A stretch of DNA of 7,890 nt from a virus. Taxonomy: Duplodnaviria; Heunggongvirae; Uroviricota; Caudoviricetes. The stretch lies in IMG/VR virus record IMGVR_UViG_3300014523_000016. One strand, written 5' to 3'. Below are positions 5,742 through 7,890 of the stretch, piece after piece; positions within the stretch are counted from its first letter, which is position 1, and each line of letters starts with the position of its first letter. Below the pieces are notes generated by a model. That model did no database searches. It saw only the letters and a list, made by a program, of their open reading frames with translations, and was not told where the DNA came from. Both the position numbers and the translations under genes were made by a program.

Positions 5742-6271
5742 GATAGCTGACCTGATTTATCTTGATTAGGTAAAGGTGGGCTGCCTTCATATATGATATT
5801 AAGCGCCTCGCAAAAATAATTCCAGTAGCCAAAAAAATCATCTGGCTTGATGTTCGTTTCAAGCTTAAGTGCAATTTCTTCCCCAGCTGATTCGAAGTAC
5901 ATGTGATAGTGAGGACCTCGAGCCACCTCAACAAAATCTGGATGGTTCACTATAGATTTATTACGGTGTGGCTTGTTATCCGCAGGGTACGGGTCAAGCG
6001 CGTAAATGCGCCTGTCATGAAGAAACATCACAAATGAAATCTTCACTATATCCACCCCTTCAACGATAGGAGGACGCCAGTGAAGCATAAATCTTATGCC
6101 TGTGATTGGGTTGCCAATTTCATCAAAAGCTTTGAGATCCAATTTAAACCAGATTGGGGTTCGTCCCTCACTTCCGGTCCATGTAACTCCGCTAAAAGTT
6201 ACTTTTTTCAAGCGAGTAATAGCTTGGTCAACCTCTTTCTGGGTAGGCTTAAAGTCGCCTTTTTTAGCCAC
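5729..6271 (-). CDS. hypothetical protein (180 aa), first gene of the cassette downstream of cI; function unknown
   Basis: ORF track 5729..6271. Start is GTG 6271..6269 with a GGTGA SD-like motif 11-12 nt upstream; first in-frame ATG is about 60 codons in, so the true start is uncertain. Same strand as cI, 97 nt after the cI stop. Contains His/Tyr-rich stretch GPHYHMYF. No family recognised. Confidence 0.65.
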   Translation of the reverse strand: MAKKGDFKPTQKEVDQAITRLKKVTFSGVTWTGSEGRTPIWFKLDLKAFDEIGNPITGIRFMLHWRPPIVEGVDIVKISFVMFLHDRRIYALDPYPADNKPHRNKSIVNHPDFVEVARGPHYHMYFESAGEEIALKLETNIKPDDFFGYWNYFCEALNIIYEGSPPLPNQDKSGQLSWEM

Positions 6272-6368
6272 TGATTCGTATCACCATGAAAGTTATTGTT
6301 AATACCTGTGCTTCTTGTCACCCAAACGTCTCTTCAGGCCACTGGCTATCAGCTATGTGACGATGAAG

Positions 6369-7073
6369 TCACGAACTTTTCAGCCACTCCCTTGCCTCGA
6401 TGTCATCCAGATGGCGAGATTGCTTCAGAATACCAGCCACATACTCCACCTTTGCTACTTGATGATAAGGCAACGTTATTGGCCTATGGTCCTGGTTGAT
6501 GCTTGTAAACTGGTATTCTCCGTCTCTGTCATAGCCAAGAACTTTGATCATGTTGTGTCCTTCAACGGTTCTGACAAACACCTCATCACCCGGGAATACT
6601 TTGGTGTTAGGCTCAATGAGTACATATTCTCCTGATTTTATTCTAGGCCACATGCTGTCTCCTTTCACACGAAGACCAAAGGCATCTGGATCATCGCTAT
6701 AAATCTTGAGCCACCCATCGCGCTCTTCGGTCATCTCGATGGCACCATCAACACCAAGAATTGCCTCACCAACCACGCGCACTAACCCTTTTCTTACCTG
6801 ACCGACAAAAGTTAAAGAATCTGAGCATGATGCAATTGGTGTTACATCATGTACCAAATCAAGCCACCCATTAGGTAACCCAAGTGCGGCTTCGAATTTT
6901 CTTGCTAGTTTATCCCCTATGTTTCGAGTGCTTTTTTCACCGGAGACTTGCGTGAGTTGAGAAGGGCTAACTCCAAGCTTATCGGCAAAGCTTGCATTAG
7001 TGTTACCCGCGATTTTTTTATGCTCATCTAGCAAAAACGCCAGATTCGATTTGCGAATATCTTTGTTTTCCAT
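6369..7073 (-). CDS. cI: cI-type prophage repressor (234 aa): N-terminal HTH plus C-terminal LexA/S24-like autocleavage domain
   Basis: ORF track 6369..7073. ATG 7073 is preceded by GAGGGAG. N-terminal HTH-like segment ASFADKLGVSPSQLTQVSGEK. C-terminal domain has the S24 serine motif GDSM and a Lys (MIKVL) 37 residues later, the LexA-type Ser-Lys dyad spacing. Divergent from cro across an operator region. Confidence 0.9.
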   Translation of the reverse strand: MENKDIRKSNLAFLLDEHKKIAGNTNASFADKLGVSPSQLTQVSGEKSTRNIGDKLARKFEAALGLPNGWLDLVHDVTPIASCSDSLTFVGQVRKGLVRVVGEAILGVDGAIEMTEERDGWLKIYSDDPDAFGLRVKGDSMWPRIKSGEYVLIEPNTKVFPGDEVFVRTVEGHNMIKVLGYDRDGEYQFTSINQDHRPITLPYHQVAKVEYVAGILKQSRHLDDIEAREWLKSS

Positions 7074-7100
7074 CCCACGATTCTCCCTCTATTTAGCAAA

Positions 7101-7177
7101 TGGATAAATACGCATTTTGATAAATCTCCATTGCAGTTTATTTATCAAAATGGTAAAGTTGCTCTGTGTGATAAACG
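7101..7177. promoter_or_regulatory. OR-like operator region between cI and cro
   Basis: Four GATAAA/TTTATC half-sites (7104..7109, 7119..7124, 7141..7146 on the other strand, 7170..7175). An 11-bp inverted repeat ttttgataaat (7115..7125) / atttatcaaaa (7140..7150). A 17-bp site TTTATCAAAATGGTAAA at 7141..7157 matches the OL palindrome type with one mismatch. pRM must lie here but I could not place its hexamers. Confidence 0.6.
7131..7159 (+). promoter_or_regulatory. candidate pR promoter for cro
   Basis: -35 TTGCAG (7131..7136), 17-bp spacer, -10 TAAAGT (7154..7159), about 28 nt upstream of the cro ATG and overlapping the 17-bp operator. Same -10 hexamer and spacing as the candidate pL. Hexamers are moderate matches only. 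Confidence 0.45.
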
Positions 7178-7186
7178 GAGGCACTA

Positions 7187-7420
7187 ATGAGTAATGAACT
7201 ACTACGCTGGCGAAAAGAGGCTTCTAGTGAGGAATGGAAGCGACTCGCCGCATTAGCGAATACTTCAGTTGGCTATCTTGATCAGATTGCATATGGGTTT
7301 CGAAGAGCTTCCCCAGATAAAGCGAATGCAATCGAAGAAGCCACTCGTAATTTCACGGGTTATAAACCTGTGAAAAAGGAAAATCTGGTGTTCGTATCGC
7401 GTAGAGCATCAGCAGCATAA
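7187..7420 (+). CDS. cro: Cro-like HTH regulator (77 aa)
   Basis: ORF track 7187..7420. ATG preceded by GGAGG with a 5-nt spacer. Divergent from cI across the operator region and followed by nutR and cII. HTH-like segment LAALANTSVGYLDQIAYGFRR. Assignment rests mainly on position. Confidence 0.7.
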   Translation: MSNELLRWRKEASSEEWKRLAALANTSVGYLDQIAYGFRRASPDKANAIEEATRNFTGYKPVKKENLVFVSRRASAA

Positions 7421-7427
7421 GTAACCC

Positions 7428-7473
7428 CGCTCTTTGTAACAACGGACATTCGTCCTACGTCGCTGAAAAGCGA
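7428..7473 (+). promoter_or_regulatory. nutR-like site: boxA, small spacer hairpin, boxB
   Basis: boxA-like CGCTCTTTG (7428..7436); spacer hairpin GGAC-ATTC-GTCC (7444..7455); boxB TCGCT-GAAA-AGCGA (7460..7473). Lies between cro and cII as in lambda and aligns with the nutL-like element on the opposite strand. Confidence 0.7.
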
Positions 7474-7558
7474 ATCCCAGAATATCTGACCAACCAAGGC
7501 CATATGCGTTTCCACGCATACCTTTCAACTAGCTATTCACTATTGGAAATCATAAGAA

Positions 7559-7855
7559 ATGGAACAAACAAGTTACAGCAAACTATCCCAGCGTGACGTT
7601 GATCGCGCAGAAACAGATTTACTCATCAACCTGTCAACGCTTACCCAGCGCGGTCTGGCAAAGATGATTGGCTGTCATGAATCGAAGATAAGCAGAACGG
7701 ACTGGAGGTTTATTGCTTCGGTCTTGTGTGCTTTCGGAATGGCATCAGACATCAGTCCGATTAGCAGGGCTTTTAAGTATGCATTGGATGGAATCACAAA
7801 GAAAAAATCCCCGGTTGCCGCCGGGGACTCTAAGCAAATTGATATGCAATTCTGA
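7559..7855 (+). CDS. cII: cII-like transcriptional activator (98 aa)
   Basis: ORF track 7559..7855. The central HESKISRTDWRF segment and the C-terminus TKKKSPVAAGDSKQIDMQF parallel lambda CII (...SQISRWKRDW... and TNKKRPAATERSEQIQMEF, from memory). Weak RBS. Position after cro and nutR is as in lambda. Confidence 0.85.
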   Translation: MEQTSYSKLSQRDVDRAETDLLINLSTLTQRGLAKMIGCHESKISRTDWRFIASVLCAFGMASDISPISRAFKYALDGITKKKSPVAAGDSKQIDMQF

Positions 7856-7880
7856 GGGAATTACTGGATCAATCCACAGG
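7802..7880 (-). ncRNA. OOP-like antisense RNA with its terminator inside the cII 3' end (extent approximate; promoter beyond window)
   Basis: On the minus strand, hairpin CCCCGG-CGGCAA-CCGGGG (plus 7827..7808) is followed by TTTTTT (plus 7807..7802), an intrinsic terminator antisense to cII codons KKKSPVAAGD. Lambda OOP RNA ends in a very similar GGTTGCCGCCGGG hairpin plus U-tract at the same place in cII (from memory). The 5' end is inferred from the lambda length of about 77 nt, not seen. Confidence 0.4.
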
Positions 7881-7887
7881 AGTAATT

Positions 7888-7890
7888 ATG
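7888..7890 (+). CDS. start codon of the next rightward gene (replication-initiator position), truncated by the window end
   Basis: AGGAG at 7877..7881 followed 6 nt later by ATG at 7888..7890, 32 nt after the cII stop. Only the start codon is in the window; the O-like identity is inferred from lambdoid gene order. Confidence 0.3.

Noticed and set aside
5353-5934. ORFs 5353..5577 (plus) and 5707..5934 (minus)
   Set aside because: Both lie inside the cassette genes on the other strand or frame; the long 258-aa and 180-aa frames are preferred.
6272-6368. Possible internal promoter for the cassette in the cI-to-gene-A intergenic region
   Set aside because: The best -35-like hexamer (GTGACA) has no acceptably spaced -10 hexamer; nothing convincing was found by eye.
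6080-6635. Plus-strand ORFs 6080..6274, 6096..6302, 6296..6499 and 6315..6635
   Set aside because: Antisense to the cassette gene and to cI; no plus-strand promoter or RBS context.
7503-7530. Hairpin TATGCG-tttcca-CGCATA between cro and cII as a possible tR1 terminator
   Set aside because: The downstream tail (cctttcaact) is only weakly T-rich, and lambda tR1 is rho-dependent, so an intrinsic terminator call is not supported by sequence alone.
1-7890. CRISPR arrays, tRNA or rRNA genes, insertion sequences
   Set aside because: No regularly spaced direct repeats, no cloverleaf-like candidates and no transposase-like ORFs or terminal inverted repeats were seen on inspection.

Overview
This window reads as the immunity region plus the early-left operon of a lambdoid (lambda/P22-like) prophage, by hand translation and motif reading only; no database search was possible. 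The right end has a divergent cI repressor (minus) and cro-cII (plus) around an operator region, with a nutR-like element and an OOP-like antisense terminator inside the cII 3' end. Leftward of cI, on the minus strand, lie a two-gene cassette of unknown function, a terminator, a pL/OL-like region, nutL, an N-like antiterminator, a 207-aa unknown gene, cIII-like and Kil-like small genes, an ERF recombinase and SSB-like gene, and a chain of translationally coupled small genes ending in a truncated Ead/Ea22-like ORF. The main candidate for an undescribed system is the two-gene cassette (4965..6271) in the position lambda uses for rexAB. Three masked N-runs (1709..1720, 3435..3517, 4883..4921) limit interpretation locally.
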